Assembly (NCBI GenBank): GCA_964016885.1
Contig: OZ024755.1
Location: 23,560,001-23,624,000 of the forward strand
Reading direction: 5' to 3'
DNA length: 64,000 nucleotides
Source of the DNA: Eledone cirrhosa
Taxonomy: Eukaryota
The notes under the pieces were generated by a model, which was given only the letters and a program-made list of their open reading frames with translations, was not told the origin of the DNA and ran no database searches. Shown here piece after piece: positions 1-13,045 of this stretch; the first letter of the stretch is position 1; every line of letters starts with the position of its first letter. A program made the position numbers and the translations under genes.

Positions 1-521
1 GGCGTAGATGGCTGTTCTCCACAGCAATGCCTTCACAATTTTTCCAAATAACACAGCTAAGATATACTGCCAAGACTGAAGTGCAGAGTCTGCCACACCT
101 GCCCTCTTTTCTCATTTCATTTTTGTCTTTCTTTTTCATTAAAAAAAAAATTATATGAAATTATTATTTAATTGAAATTTGTTGAATAAATTTCATTTTG
201 TCATATTTATCTGGCTGCTATTTTACAACCATGTGATATGATAACGAAACGTAAATGTTGAAGTTTGAAACACCAGGATTTTTTTCAACACACTGGCATA
301 TATGTATATATGTGTGTGCACGTGTGTATGTACAAATGATTCATTTATATGTATGAATATATAAATATAAACGCGCAAACACAGGCACGCTTACAAAAAT
401 ACACACTCACACAAATACACATACATTCACACAAACACACACAAACAGCATAGCAAATGGAATACCAGCTGCTGTTTTGCTATAGTTTTTTTTACCATCC
501 CTTTCCTTCCTTTTAACTCAC

Positions 522-851
522 ATGGAACGGAAGGCACTCCGTCGGTTATGGCGACGAGTGTTCCAGTTGATCCAATCAATGGAACAGCCTGCTCATGAAA
601 TTAACGTTCAAGTGACTGAGCATTCCACAAACACACATACCCTTAATGTAGTTCTCAGGGAGATTTGGCAGGACACAGAATGTGACAAGGCTGGCCCTTC
701 GAATTACAGGTGCAACTAATTTTTGCCAGCTGAGTGGACTGGAGCAACGTGAAAGAAAGTGTCTTGCTCAAGGACACAGCACGCCGCCAGGAATCAAACT
801 CACAACCTTACAATTGTGAGCCAAATTCCCTAACCACAAAGCCACGTGCCT
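522..851 (-). mobile_element. tRNA-derived CORE-type SINE (family B)
   Basis: Minus-strand head with A box (TGGCTTTGTGGTTAG), B box (GTTTGATTCC) and CORE-like TGTCCTTGAGCAAGACACTT. Related copies ~14000-14255(-), 20548-20856(-), 27002-27100(+), 35315-35449(-), 41258-41475(+), 54877-55105(+). Confidence 0.85.
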
Positions 852-1436
852 TTAATACATACATACATTCTCACACACACACACACACATTGTGTGACAG
901 ACGGATGGAAGTCGCTCAAATTTATATATAGATTAGAAGAGCAATTTCCAGAGACATCTGGATCTAAATATCCTATGATATTAAACCACTTTGTATTTAT
1001 GGTAAAAAGAAAATGTTTAAGTACCATTTTATTGCATTCCAAGTTTTTCAAGTGTGTAAAACATAAAAATATAGCTCCAATATTATTAGGAATAATATTA
1101 AGAGAATAATGAAGATTTAAGTTATGGAATTTTGTTTATTTACAAAAATGCTTCGGGAGAAAACATTATGCTAATTTAACTGCATAACCATTGAAAGAAA
1201 GAAAAAAAAAAAATCAATCTTGGAGCAGCAAAGACAGCTGTTTTAGATGCCGACTATAGAAATAAATGCATTAATAATATCTAAAAATACAAGTTAAATA
1301 TATTTCCTTTTCTATGGCAAATAAAGCCCCCCCCCCTCCCTTAGCCCTTCTATTATGATATCAAGGAAATATTCTAAGTAATGCAATAGATGGAAAGAGT
1401 TTTTATGTTGCATGCAAGGGTAAATCGTTATAAAAA

Positions 1437-1487
1437 ATCAAAACAAAACAAAACAAAACAAAACAAAACAAAACAAAAAAAAAAAAA
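1437..1487. repeat. (AAAAC)n/poly-A microsatellite
   Basis: Directly visible. Confidence 0.9.
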
Positions 1488-2061
1488 GAGTAATTTCTCA
1501 TGCATTGAACTAATTAGGAAAAAAAAAAAGAAAATCAAAAATCAAAGATACCATTAAGGAATCTTCGTTAATAAATGAACACAATCAGGATCCTAGATTC
1601 TTTTCAAAATGTTTTGCAACACAGTTTCAAAGAATGTTTTCTTGACTTCAATATATTGTAACATATAAAATCCTGTCTATTCAGCAAATATTTTTATCCA
1701 TTAAAATCACAATTTCTGTTTTGTTAAAATATCTATAAGATGGCTTTAATTTCTTTCAGATTTTTACAGGCTTATTCCGCAATCAGCAATATGTAGGGCC
1801 AATAGTAGAAAAATTAGGGAATAGTGTTGTGAACTTCCATCATGGCTAAAGTTAGGGACAAATTTAAGCATATAATGTAAAATCCCTCCACTCTTGGCAC
1901 ACGCCTATGGGATACATTCTACCTGCTTCCGTAGGGTTGAAAAAACCCTTTCGTGCTACAGGAAACATAATGACCTCTTTAGTGTTGATGCCACAATAGA
2001 AAGCATCCAGTACATTCTGTAAAGTGGTTGGCATTAAGAGGGATATTCAGCTATAGAAACC

Positions 2062-2357
2062 ATGACTTTCAGAAGCATTTTTTCACGCTCAGAGTTGCTG
2101 AAGCATGGAACAAACTACCTGCATCAGTTGTTAGCTGCCGAGACACTGCATCCTTTAAAACCTCCATGCTTTCTGAAATTCGCCAACACTACACCTGATA
2201 TCCCCCCTCTTTACAAACGCACACATGTATATCATGACTCATACACTCTTCACTTTCCTGACATTTGTACATTATTCTATGTACTATACATGCACCTTTG
2301 ACAAGTTGAAGTGCACCTGAGCACTGTACACAATAATTTCATTATTATTATCATTAT
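2062..2357 (+). mobile_element. CR1/L2-type LINE 3' fragment inserted in a family-C retroposon (1995-2501)
   Basis: Near-identical to 60578-60885 and 62891-63183; ends GCACCTGAGCACTGTACACAATAATTTC(ATT)n; family-C halves lie on both sides. Confidence 0.85.
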
Positions 2358-3029
2358 GACAAACATGTAAGGTACAGGTAAAACAGTCCCCCAACCCATC
2401 TAGTCTCAAACCATGATGACCAGTCTAACTCATGCCTGCATGGAAATCAGATGCAAAATGATGATGATGATGACGATGATGATGATGATGATGATGATGA
2501 TCAATTGGAAACTAAACAGCCTTTTCTAAATCTTCTTCAGTCACGAACTGTTAACTTACTTCGATACTAGAATACTGAATGTATATTATACTATCTCCTT
2601 TCTAGAGAGCTCCAGTAACTCTGCCTTTGTGTTTATGAAAGAAACATTAAAAGCTTATTAAATTATTCACAAAGTCTCTCTTTTATAATTTTGGCCACAT
2701 GAATAATATTACACTAAGAATTAATAAAATAATAACAAATCTATTGAAAAACACATTAGTTTGGAAGCTTATATCAAACAATAATTTATACAAAGTGATA
2801 GAACTCTTTAACATGATCTTTTGTTTGTTTGTTTTTTTTTCATGATGGCAGAGGTATATAGTATATATAGCATCTCAGTAAAAAATCATTTATCAATTTA
2901 TTTGTCTGTTCACAGCAATCCACCTCTTTGGGGGTGACCTCACCAATCAACTGCCAACCCAGGACATATTTTTTTATTGAGCATACATCAAACATTCTTA
3001 TTCTATGCTCAACATAAAACAATAATAAT

Positions 3030-3246
3030 GACTTCTGGTAGAGGCACAAGGCCAGCAATTTTGGGGGAGGGGAAAGTCGATTAAATCGACCCCAGTGCGT
3101 TACTGGTACTTTATTTTATTGAACCCGTAAGGATGAAAGGCGAAGTTAACCATGGCAGGATTTGAACTCAGATCATAAAGCGGTGTAACTCTATGTTGCA
3201 AAGCATGGTGTCTGACGCTCTACCGATACTGCCAATCCAACGCCCT
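3030..3246 (-). mobile_element. tRNA-derived SINE family A, full length (long variant)
   Basis: Pol III A/B boxes, central GCCTTTCATCCTTACGGG motif resembling the Meta-SINE domain, 18-bp TSD ACATAAAACAATAATAAT (3012-3029/3247-3264). Confidence 0.9.
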
Positions 3247-3899
3247 ACATAAAACAATAATAATAAAAATAGATCATAATCCTAGTAACAACATGTTTTA
3301 TACTAGAATGTTCTGTTAGAAAAGCCAAATGAATTGTTAGGTAATTATAGGTAACAATACATATTCAGTATAATGTTGGGGTTAACCCTGATTCATGAAA
3401 AATTGCCATCTTGGGAGTAGATCTTATACAATATGACTTTGCCAGTTTGGATATGGAATCTATCAATAGCTTGAAGATAGCTAGTACTTGTGTGCCCCAA
3501 ATCCAGCTGCCATACAACAATTGAACATTGATGACTCCCTTATTATACAGTCTCAAGTGGTTGTATGTTAGGCAATGGAATTTCTTTGAAATTACTTTAA
3601 TTGCATGCCATGTTGAAGTCATTTTTTTCAGTGTGTGTTTGAGATGAGTTTCCCATGTAAAGTCAGATTATAACCAAATGCCTAGTATCTTGATGGATTT
3701 TTGTGGTATCAGTAGTTGGTTCAACAAGTATATTTCATCACGTTGATAATTGATGGGTTCAGGATTATGGAAATGAACCAATTGTGTTTTAGAGGGATCA
3801 AATTGTTGATAATTTTTTTTTGCCCATTCAATTGCAGTTGATAGGGCTGTGAATAATTTGGTGGTTTTGTTGTTGTTGATGATACTAGATGAAGTATCA

Positions 3900-4125
3900 T
3901 TATCATCATCATCATTTAATGTCCATTTTCCACGCTAGTGTGGGTTAGATTAGTTTGTCCCATTAGAGGTAAGTTAGGTCAGATGACCGTGTCTTGCTAA
4001 TATAGGACTGTTTCTGGCTAGATTTCTACGGCTGGATCCCCTTCCTAATGCCAACCACATTTACAGCGTGTGCTGGGTGTTTTTTGCCATGTCTCCTACA
4101 TGACCACTTTACAGTGTGGGCTGTA
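3900..4125 (-). mobile_element. Family C non-autonomous retroposon with (GAT)n tail
   Basis: Shared GGAT(G/C)CCCTTCCTAATGCCAACCAC core and RTE-like 3' end. Other copies ~9355-9572, 16165-16358, 23680-24115, 30575-30760, 35125-35290, 54232-54505, 57000-57217. Confidence 0.8.
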
Positions 4126-5139
4126 TATAAGTTGATATTATCTGCAAAACCTGACACTAGTAATGTAGTGTTTTTCCCTGTAGTTATAAGTGAAAATTTC
4201 TGTAGTTGCACGTTGTCAAGAATGTGTTGATTAGCTTTATTTTTTATCATTTTGTTGTTGCTGTTACTGTTGTTGTTGTAGATATTGATGTTCATAAGCT
4301 CTGACCATGTCACTATTTATAAATTTTTATCTTCTCTTCCTTTCAAATTTGTGGGAAGGGATGTTATAGACATTCAGGTAGAGTTAATTTGTGTTTTTTC
4401 ATTTTTTTCTCACCATAATTAAAACAAAGCACATGCTTATGAGAGTATTACTCAGTTTGAAACAATCGGAATCGAGAAAAAAGTACTTTACCCGTTCCAT
4501 GACAGAAATTTTTATTGGGAATCTGGACAGTTTCCTTATCCACACAATGGAATGAAATATGTAGAAAAAAATCACCAAAATAAAACCCTAAAATGTAGAC
4601 ATAAACTCCCGACGGTATAACAGCGCATAGCTTGGATGGACCCATATCCCTTATATATGTGTGACATTTATAAGATTTGTAGTTTTTAAGACATATCGAA
4701 CTTCTATGATGCAGTTTCTGCCTTCTTAAATTATTGATTTTTTCTTATCAAACTTCTATTTTAGTATAATTTTTTTAATTGTATTTTTAATAGTTTAAAA
4801 ATAAATTGTAAGAACCAATATTTGGTGCCAATGATTATAGAAACGAATTCATTCAAAAAATTAAATCATTTCCAATATTTTTCTCACAAATAGTAAATTT
4901 CATTCTGTTTGCATCAACTTATGGGTCAATGATTTTACTACACACACACACACAAGTTATAGTTTTGGAGGTGAACATGTCTGTATAAACTCTTTTGATA
5001 CAAAACCACTTAAAACTGCCCATGGTTCTAGCATACAAAACTCTCTTTTTTAAAGTGTATTTAAAAACCTTTAATATAATTTATGGTTGTAGAAAGTAAT
5101 ATAATGATAAATAAGTGTATATAAGGCTGTATGATGATA

Positions 5140-5902
5140 ATTGTTTCTACTTTAGGCACAAGGCCAGCAAATACCCAGTTCATTACTGGTACTTTATTTT
5201 ATCGACCCCGTAAGGATGAAAGGCAAAGTCAACCTCGGCGGGATTTGAACTCAGATCGTAAAGGGACGTAAGGGATGGTGAGATAAATGTGACTTGTAGT
5301 TATATTACTCTATATTTACTATTATATTTTCATGGTAAAGGCTTTATCTCTCATCATTATCTCACATAATATCGAATCTTGAGATTTTGATATTTATTTT
5401 AAGAACCATACCTTAATGTCAGTATGAGCAGCTGGTTACAATTGATTTGAACAGAAAGATGTGAGAGAATTCTGGCTGGATGTGGCCAGTTTAAATGTTA
5501 AAGGGTTAAGGGAGTGAATGTGAGTGGAGAAAATATGATAATTAAGGAGGTAATGATTTAATAATTGTTTCTACTTTTGGCACAAGGCCAGCAATTATCC
5601 CAGTGCATTACTGGTGCTTTATTTTATCGACCCCGTAAGGATGAAAGGCAAAGTTAACTCTATGTTGCAAAGCATGACATCTGACCCTCTCCCAATCCAC
5701 CGCTATAACTCTATGCTGCAAAGGATGGTGTTTGACGCTTTACACCATGATTTAATAATTATTTCTACTTTTGGCACAAGGCCGACAATTATCCCAGTGC
5801 ATTACTGGTACTTTATTTTATCGACCTCGTAAGGATGAAAGGCAAAGTTAACCTCGGCGGGATTTGAACTCAGACCATAAAGGGCCGTAACTCTTTGCTG
5901 CA
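5140..5902 (-). mobile_element. Cluster of three partial family-A SINEs and a partial piggyBac-type MITE (5305-5505)
   Basis: TTTCTACTTTTGGCACAAGGCC...GACCCCGTAAGGATGAAAGGC blocks at ~5140, 5560 and 5755. Confidence 0.8.
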
Positions 5903-6214
5903 ATAATGATTTAAAATAAGACAAAGTTTACAACATAATGCAATGCATGCATAACACAAATGTAATCTGTTAATAATTCTCTCTACTTTGTTAAGGTTGA
6001 ACTAAACAAGTTAAAGTATTTAGTTTTATCCCCTTTATGTTCTGAAATCAAATTCCGTCTGGGATCAACTTTGTTTTAAAGTATTAGTAATTTGTGAAAT
6101 TCAAGAACTAGTAATATAGTGAGATTAATTCATCTAATCAACTATCTACTTTCTAGAAAATTGACCTACAAAAAAACAAAACAAAAAACCCCTTCTTTTT
6201 CACCCACTTATTCC

Positions 6215-6505
6215 TGAGAGGTTTGTGGGAGCAGAGACCTCAATTACTCCTTCCAGCAGGTCCTGTTAGAAGCAAGTCACCAAGCAAGACCAGCCAAGCT
6301 CGTGGATGTTATCCAACCATCATACTCGAGGCCTACCCCTGGGTCTCCTGCTAGTTGGTTTTGCCCGTAAATTATGTCCAGCAATTCTTTCCTGAGACAT
6401 TCTAAGCATAGTATTGGAACTGTGATCTCTCAATTCGGAGATGTAGCAGCTCTACCTGGAGTGATTCTCCAATCTCTGACCTACACACTCTATCGAGTAG
6501 CGTTA
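6215..6505 (-). mobile_element. RTE-type LINE 3' fragment (second copy ~8085-8430)
   Basis: Two homologous ~300-bp segments; the minus strand reads as a degenerate RTE C-terminus (RPRGRPR-like, W.DNI motifs). Confidence 0.6.
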
Positions 6506-6821
6506 CTCCCCAAAAAAACCCAAAACAAAATTTTTTTTTTTTTTTCAAATACCAAGAAATTCTCTCTTTAATTTATAAATAACTTCAAATTACAAATATT
6601 GTACACATATATACATGCATGAATATACTTATACGCACACACATACACACTCATATATATATATATTTACATACATACACATATGTAGATAATGCTTTAA
6701 TTATTAGTTATCGTATCTGTTACTCTGTTATCATTATATTTACTGGAATGAGTTATGTAAGTTATTTTATGAATTTTTTTTCTAGTCTAAAAAGAATGTA
6801 TGATAGTCTCCATTTCCTTAA

Positions 6822-7041
6822 CCCTTTAGCATTCACATTACTCTATATATACTATTATATTTTCACGGTAAAGGCTTTACCTCGCATAATTATCTCACAT
6901 AATATAGAATCTATGAGACTTTGAAAGTATTTATTTTGAGAACAATACCTTAACATCAGTTTGAGTGACCAATTACAGCCAGTTTCAACAGAAAAAGGTA
7001 GAGAATTCTGGCCGGTTTTGGCCGGTTTGAATATTAAAGGG
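6822..7041 (+). mobile_element. piggyBac-type MITE family 1
   Basis: TTAA-CCCTTTAGCATT...AATATTAAAGGG-TTAA. Copies 8677-8860(-), 22946-23136, 26094-26305, 31563-31945, 33027-33223(-), ~59076-59292, and a mini copy ~25830-25878. Confidence 0.85.
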
Positions 7042-7190
7042 TTAATCCTTCCTAGATTGTGAAAAAATAGTTAGAAATGTAAATATGATACTAAATATAA
7101 AGCTGATAGGGAAAATTAAAGTTAAACATTGATGATGATGATATGCAATATTTGTCAAGAACACAGTTAAGTGTAAAATGAGTGTATGAA

Positions 7191-7506
7191 ATAGAAGTTA
7201 AGGGCCAAAACACTCTTGAGTGTGGGGAGGGGGTCTCCTCTCTGAAGACCTTCTGCTGTCCAGCTGTCCTGAGAGTTTCTTACCACCCATGCTAGCGTGG
7301 AAAAATGGACGTATATATAGAAGTTAAGGGTTGAAACACTCACTTGAAGTGGGTATCTTCTCTGAAGACCTTCTGCTGTCTAACTCTTTTGATAGTTTCT
7401 TACCACTATATATATATAAAAGTTAAGGGCCGATACACTCACTTGAGGAGGATCTCTTTTCTGAAGACCTTCTGCTGTCCAGCTCTCCTGAGAGTTTCTT
7501 ATCACC
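7191..7506. repeat. Three imperfect ~95-bp direct repeats
   Basis: AAGTTAAGGG...CTCTGAAGACCTTCTGCTGTC...AGTTTCTTACCAC at ~7191, 7317 and 7417. Confidence 0.8.
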
Positions 7507-9975
7507 GTGTGGCATGTAATATGAACTTGAGGGAAAGGATCAACTCAAATGAAGTGACTTCCTGACTTTCAAAAGTATCTTGGTTATGTTCAAGAAAGAT
7601 TACTGAATTGGTATGAAATACAAATACCAGAATTCATGAAGAAATGTTATAAGTTAATGGAAGAAATCCACACTAATTAGAAGACAAATATAATAAATAG
7701 ATTGATTTATTATAAGATGCAAGGAAATATCTGTTAACATCTGTAGCAAGGGAAATTGGTTCATTCCTTGTTTCTACATAATGGCTTAAGTAAATGTATC
7801 TAAAACCCTCCAGCTGAGATTTTGCTTAAGCTTATTTACCACTAGTTGTTCCTACTGAGATCTCAGCAGTATGAGAGCCATTTCTTTTTTTTTTTTGAGA
7901 ATGATGTGGGAATATGTTACTGGTGAGAGAAAAACATCCATTAGATATTTGTAAAGAATTTATGGAAAAAGGACAAGTAAGTTAGCCCTTTCATGATCAC
8001 ATTTCTAAAGAAATACACTATATTTCAATTAGCTATTAAAGAATTTTCAATAATTTCATTACTAAGGCAGTGACTTAACATATTCCTGAGAGGGTCGTGG
8101 GGGAAGAGTCCTCAAACACTCCTACCAGTGGGTCCTGTCAGAAGCAACCGTCTCCAACGGATCTGGCTGAATCCCCAAGCAAGACCAACCAAACTCATGG
8201 ATGTTATCTAACCATCTTGCTCGAGGTCTACCCCTGGTTCTCCTGCTGGTTGGTTTTGCTCATAAAATCTGTCCAGTGATTCTTTCCTGAGACATTCTAA
8301 CCACATGCCCATAATATCGGAGCTGTGATGTCTCAATTTGGAGATGTAACAGCTCTACCTGGAGCAACTCTCTGATCTCTGAGCTATGCCCTCTACATAC
8401 CCCTGAGACATTCTAACCACATGCATTCTTACAGTTTGATAATATCCACAGGTTTAAAGAAATAAAATCTTAGACAATTATTAAGCTGTTAAGACTCAGA
8501 AGTCAAGCTAATTATTTATATGTGGCAGAACGTTGACAGTGATAACATACTATTACCAAGAAACTACAGGCATTCTTAAACAGATGACTCAGAAAATTCC
8601 TCTAAATCTATTTACTGTTTAGATTCCATCAGCAGAGAACAGAACTATAACATCATGTTGTAAGTTTTTACCTTAACACTTTAGCATTTAAACCGGCCAT
8701 ATTCGGCCAGAACTCTCTCAGCTCTTTCTGTTCAAACCGGCCATAACCAGCTGCTCACACTGATGTTAAGGTATTTGTTCTCAAAATATATAATATAAAA
8801 ATCTCATAGATTCGATATTATGTAAGATAATTATATTAATATAATGTAAATGCTAAAGGGTTAAGTAGGAACCCTTTTAATAGAAATAGAGATGGTTTTG
8901 GGTGGGTTGGTATCAAAAATATCAAAATACAGGATGGTGGGAAATCTATATATTTTTTCTGAAAGCAATCTAACAAACATATTTAAGATTGACTATTTCA
9001 AGTAATATCCATCAGTCAACTTCAATTAGTGTGTCCATTTGTTCATTAACCTTTGATCATCAATACTAATGATTTCAACAGTGAATGAAACACTTTTAAA
9101 AGTGTAAAATCTTTTATAATGTAAAGGAAAAGAAGTAGAACATCGTTTTCTTGGAGTTTGTTTTGTTGTGAAGACAAGGCTGGTGAGAGACCATCAACTC
9201 ACTCCAGTAGCTATCAATGAGAGACTCATGACACTTTGTGGTCCACTCTTTGGTATGGAGATGGACACACTGAAGAAGCTCATTGTGTGTGTGGTGAGAG
9301 AGAGAGAGAGAGTATATATATATATATATAGGACGTAAAATGATGATGATATATATAACATCATCATTTAACGTCTATCTTCCATGCTAGTATCGGTTAG
9401 ACGTGAATTGTCCTACTTGAGGTAAGATTGGTCGGGTGACCATGTCTCGCTTGTATAGGACTACCTGGCAGGTTTTCTATGGCTGGATGCCCTTCCTAAC
9501 ACCAACCACATTTACAGTGTGGACTGGGAGGTTTTTACCGTGTTACCTACACAACCACATTACAGCGTGGACTATTCATTATGTCCTGTTAAGAACTTAG
9601 AACTCTGACAAAAGAGATTGATAAACAAACACCAGACTGCAATAAATAACAAGGTCAATATGTTTGACTAAACAGTTTACACACTGAAACCAACAGAAGA
9701 ATATAAAAAAAATCTATTCTTCAATTTACACCAGTTATTTGACACAGAAGTTCAAATATTTATTTGGAACCAAAGTTCGAAGACATTCTTTTTACTAAAG
9801 TCTGAAGTTTCAAGATAATCCAAAAGAACTTTTTAATGGGAAAATTTTTTTCATCTTTAGTTGCTAAAGAAATAGAAATATGAAGAGGCTGACATAGGAA
9901 TTGGTAAATCAGAATCAATATCCATGAAAATAAACAGGTTTTACTGACATCATAATTGAATTAAGCCATACAAAA

Positions 9976-10720
9976 TAATCTTCCTACATATATTGTAGTA
10001 CAACATGTCATGGTTTCTGTGTTAGACCAATGATAATCTTCCTACATAATTGTTTCTACTTTAGGCATAAGGCCAGTAATTACCCAGTGCATTACTGGTA
10101 CTTTATTTTATTGACCCCGTAAGGATGAAAGGCAAAGTCAACCTCGGCGCGATTTGAACTCAGATCGTAAAGGGACGTAACTATGCTGGAAAGCATGGCG
10201 TCCAACCCTCCACCGATACTGCCAATCCACCGCCCTTCCTACATAATGTAATATTGTAGTACAGCATGTGTCATGGTTTCTGATTGTGTTAGGCCAATGT
10301 TAATATTCCTACATATTGCAGCACAGCATATGTCATGCTGTCTGACTGGATACTGTGTTAGACCAATGATAATCACAGACACATATTGCAGTACAGCATA
10401 TGTCATGATGACTGATTGGCTATTGAGATAGACCAATGATAATCTCATACACATATTGCAGTACAGCATATGTCATGGTGACTGATTGGCTATTGAGATA
10501 GACCAATGATAATCACAGACACATATTGCAGTACAGCATGTGTTATGGTGACTGATTGGATATTGAGATAGACCAATGATAATCACAGACACATATTGCA
10601 GTACAGCATATGTCATGGTGACTGATTGGATATTGAGATAGACCAATGATAATCACAGACACATATTGCAGTACAGCATGTGTCATGGTGACTGATTGGA
10701 TACTGTGATAATCACATACA
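9976..10720. repeat. 70-bp minisatellite (~6 full units plus shorter left units) interrupted by a family-A SINE
   Basis: ACATATTGCAG recurs at 10311, 10381, 10451, 10521, 10591 and 10661. Confidence 0.9.
10051..10234 (-). mobile_element. Family-A SINE, full length
   Basis: 13-bp TSD CTTCCTACATAAT (10038-10050/10235-10247). Confidence 0.9.
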
Positions 10721-10815
10721 CATGAAGGAGTGAGTAGTTGTGTACATGCATGAGAGTGAGAAACATTGATGATATATCTTTCCATCACATACACACACAC
10801 AAAACAGATAATGAA

Positions 10816-11015
10816 NNNNNNNNNNNNNNNNNNNNNNNNNNNNNNNNNNNNNNNNNNNNNNNNNNNNNNNNNNNNNNNNNNNNNNNNNNNNNNNNNNNNN
10901 NNNNNNNNNNNNNNNNNNNNNNNNNNNNNNNNNNNNNNNNNNNNNNNNNNNNNNNNNNNNNNNNNNNNNNNNNNNNNNNNNNNNNNNNNNNNNNNNNNNN
11001 NNNNNNNNNNNNNNN
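10816..11015. other. Assembly gap (200 N)
   Basis: Run of N; AGATAATGAA occurs on both sides. Confidence 1.
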
Positions 11016-11208
11016 AGATAATGAAGTCAATTGATTCCTGTTCTATAAGAGGAGTAGTAGTAATTTCAATGGAGATACAGTATCAACAGTTACACCCTTT
11101 AAAACAGTATTTTTTATTCAGTGTTTTCATTACTGTATTTCTAATGAAACACACTCGTGGTTTTAAAATAATTATGAAAATAATTGAGAATTTAGAGAGA
11201 TTTAGTAA

Positions 11209-11762
11209 TACAGTTGTCCCCCCCACCCCCACCACCCCGGTATTCGTGGGGCTTACGTTCTTAGAGCACCCACAGTGAAAAACCTCAAATATTGGATGTG
11301 GCCAATAAAAATTCTTATAGACGTCAAAATATAACGTAAAATATAATAATTGTTTCTACTTTTGGCACAAGGCCAGCAATTACTGGTAATTTATTTTATC
11401 GACCCCCGTAAGGATGAAAGGCAAAGTTAACCTCGACGGGATTTGAACTCAGACCGTAAAGGGACGTAACTATGCTGGAAAGCATGGTGTCCGACCCTCT
11501 ACCAATACTGCCAATTCACCGCTCTAACGTAAAATATAACAATAAAAGTAGGAGCGTTTTATGTGAAGGGCCGTCCAATAGGCCGGCAAATACAGTATAT
11601 TGTTATTAATAATTTAGCGTTAAAGAAATATATATTGCCACAAAAAAACCATTAAAAAAAAAAATCGCAGCAGATATTTAGAATTCTGCAAATATGTGGC
11701 GGTTTCCGCGAACAATTAGTTAGGTTCTAAGGAAAATTCTGCGAATGCTGGAGTACACTGTA
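11209..11762 (+). mobile_element. pogo/Tigger-like MITE carrying a family-A SINE (11347-11524)
   Basis: TA-CAGT...ACTG-TA ends; SINE TSD TAACGTAAAATATAA (11332-11346/11525-11539). Related copies 50221-50493, ~54535-54866, 49385-49449. Confidence 0.75.
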
Positions 11763-12974
11763 TAACTAACTTTCGCATTGTTAAGACAGTGTTTGAAAAG
11801 AGGTTTTTGCATAAAATTATAATGGAAGGTTTTTTGATAAATACATACAAACTGTTTATTTTAAAGTGTATAATGATGATGATGATACACTTTAAAATAA
11901 ACAGTTTTGTATTGTAGAGGTGGTTTGGTAGCTGTAAGTATATTCTAATTTTATTACAAAAGATAAACATATAACAAGGCCCCCATCACCATCACCATCA
12001 AATATGTTCTTTCTTTTTATTTTTACATAAAAAGCAATTGTCTAGGTGTTTCGGCTATTTATAGCAACATGAACTTTAAACTTTGATAAACACAATTTAT
12101 ATATAACTATATAAATGACAATTTATATAAAATAAAAAAAGGAAGAAAAAAGTGGAAGACCCACACACTCAATTACACATCACAACAATTGGTGCTGGAG
12201 TTTCTATCTAATGATTTTTTAGCCAAGAGTATTACTGTAAGGCTTAAATGTGAAAAAATTCATTAAGAGCTTACAACAAAGAAAAAAGAAAAATGGCTGC
12301 CTAAGTATAGTTTGCTTTTCTGTGTTCTTTTAATTTTTATGTTTGTATTGTCATAGTACTATGTTATTTAGAAAGACAGAAACAAAACAAATAAAGCAAC
12401 AGTTAACAACAGCAACATGTGACAAACTCAAAATAATATGAAAATCACAAGAAATTACAGCATATGACTTCCTGAAATAAAACTAGAAATCAATTTAAAA
12501 CAATTTAAGAGTCTAATAAATATCACCTAGATTCACATGAACACCATACATTTTTTAGTTTCTGAATGAAAGCATGCATACAATAAAAGATTATTCTATT
12601 CTTAAAGAAGTATTCAAAGCTTTGTTCTTGTGCTTTCTTTTCTTTTTAAAATTTTGTGTAAACTACAATGGATAAAAAGACAAATATAAAATCAATTTGT
12701 TGTAGAAAGATGTGAAAGAAAGAACTAAGAAAACAGGCTTGGCTTTAGTTTTAGTTCTTGCAAATGGAAGTTATTTAACATATAGTATTAGTAGACATTG
12801 AAAGCCATAAATATCAATAGAGTATCACAATACCAGCTGAATAAGACAAGAAGGTCATGGCTGGAATATATGATTATAAACTAACAACTAAATAACTATA
12901 ACCAACTATATCTGTATGTAGGTTTCACAGTAGTAAAATACACTGCTTAAGGTTGTAACACTATAAAATAGATG

Positions 12975-13045
12975 GCTATGGGCTGTAGCACTATATACTG
13001 CTATGGGCTGTAGCACTATATACTGCAATGGGCTGTAGCTCTATA
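12975..13045. repeat. 25-bp tandem repeat, ~3 copies
   Basis: GCTATGGGCTGTAGCACTATATACT repeated. Confidence 0.85.

Noticed and set aside
10806-11025. AGATAATGAA on both sides of the gap as a TSD
   Set aside because: Cannot be distinguished from a scaffolding overlap artefact; ORFs through the Ns are meaningless.
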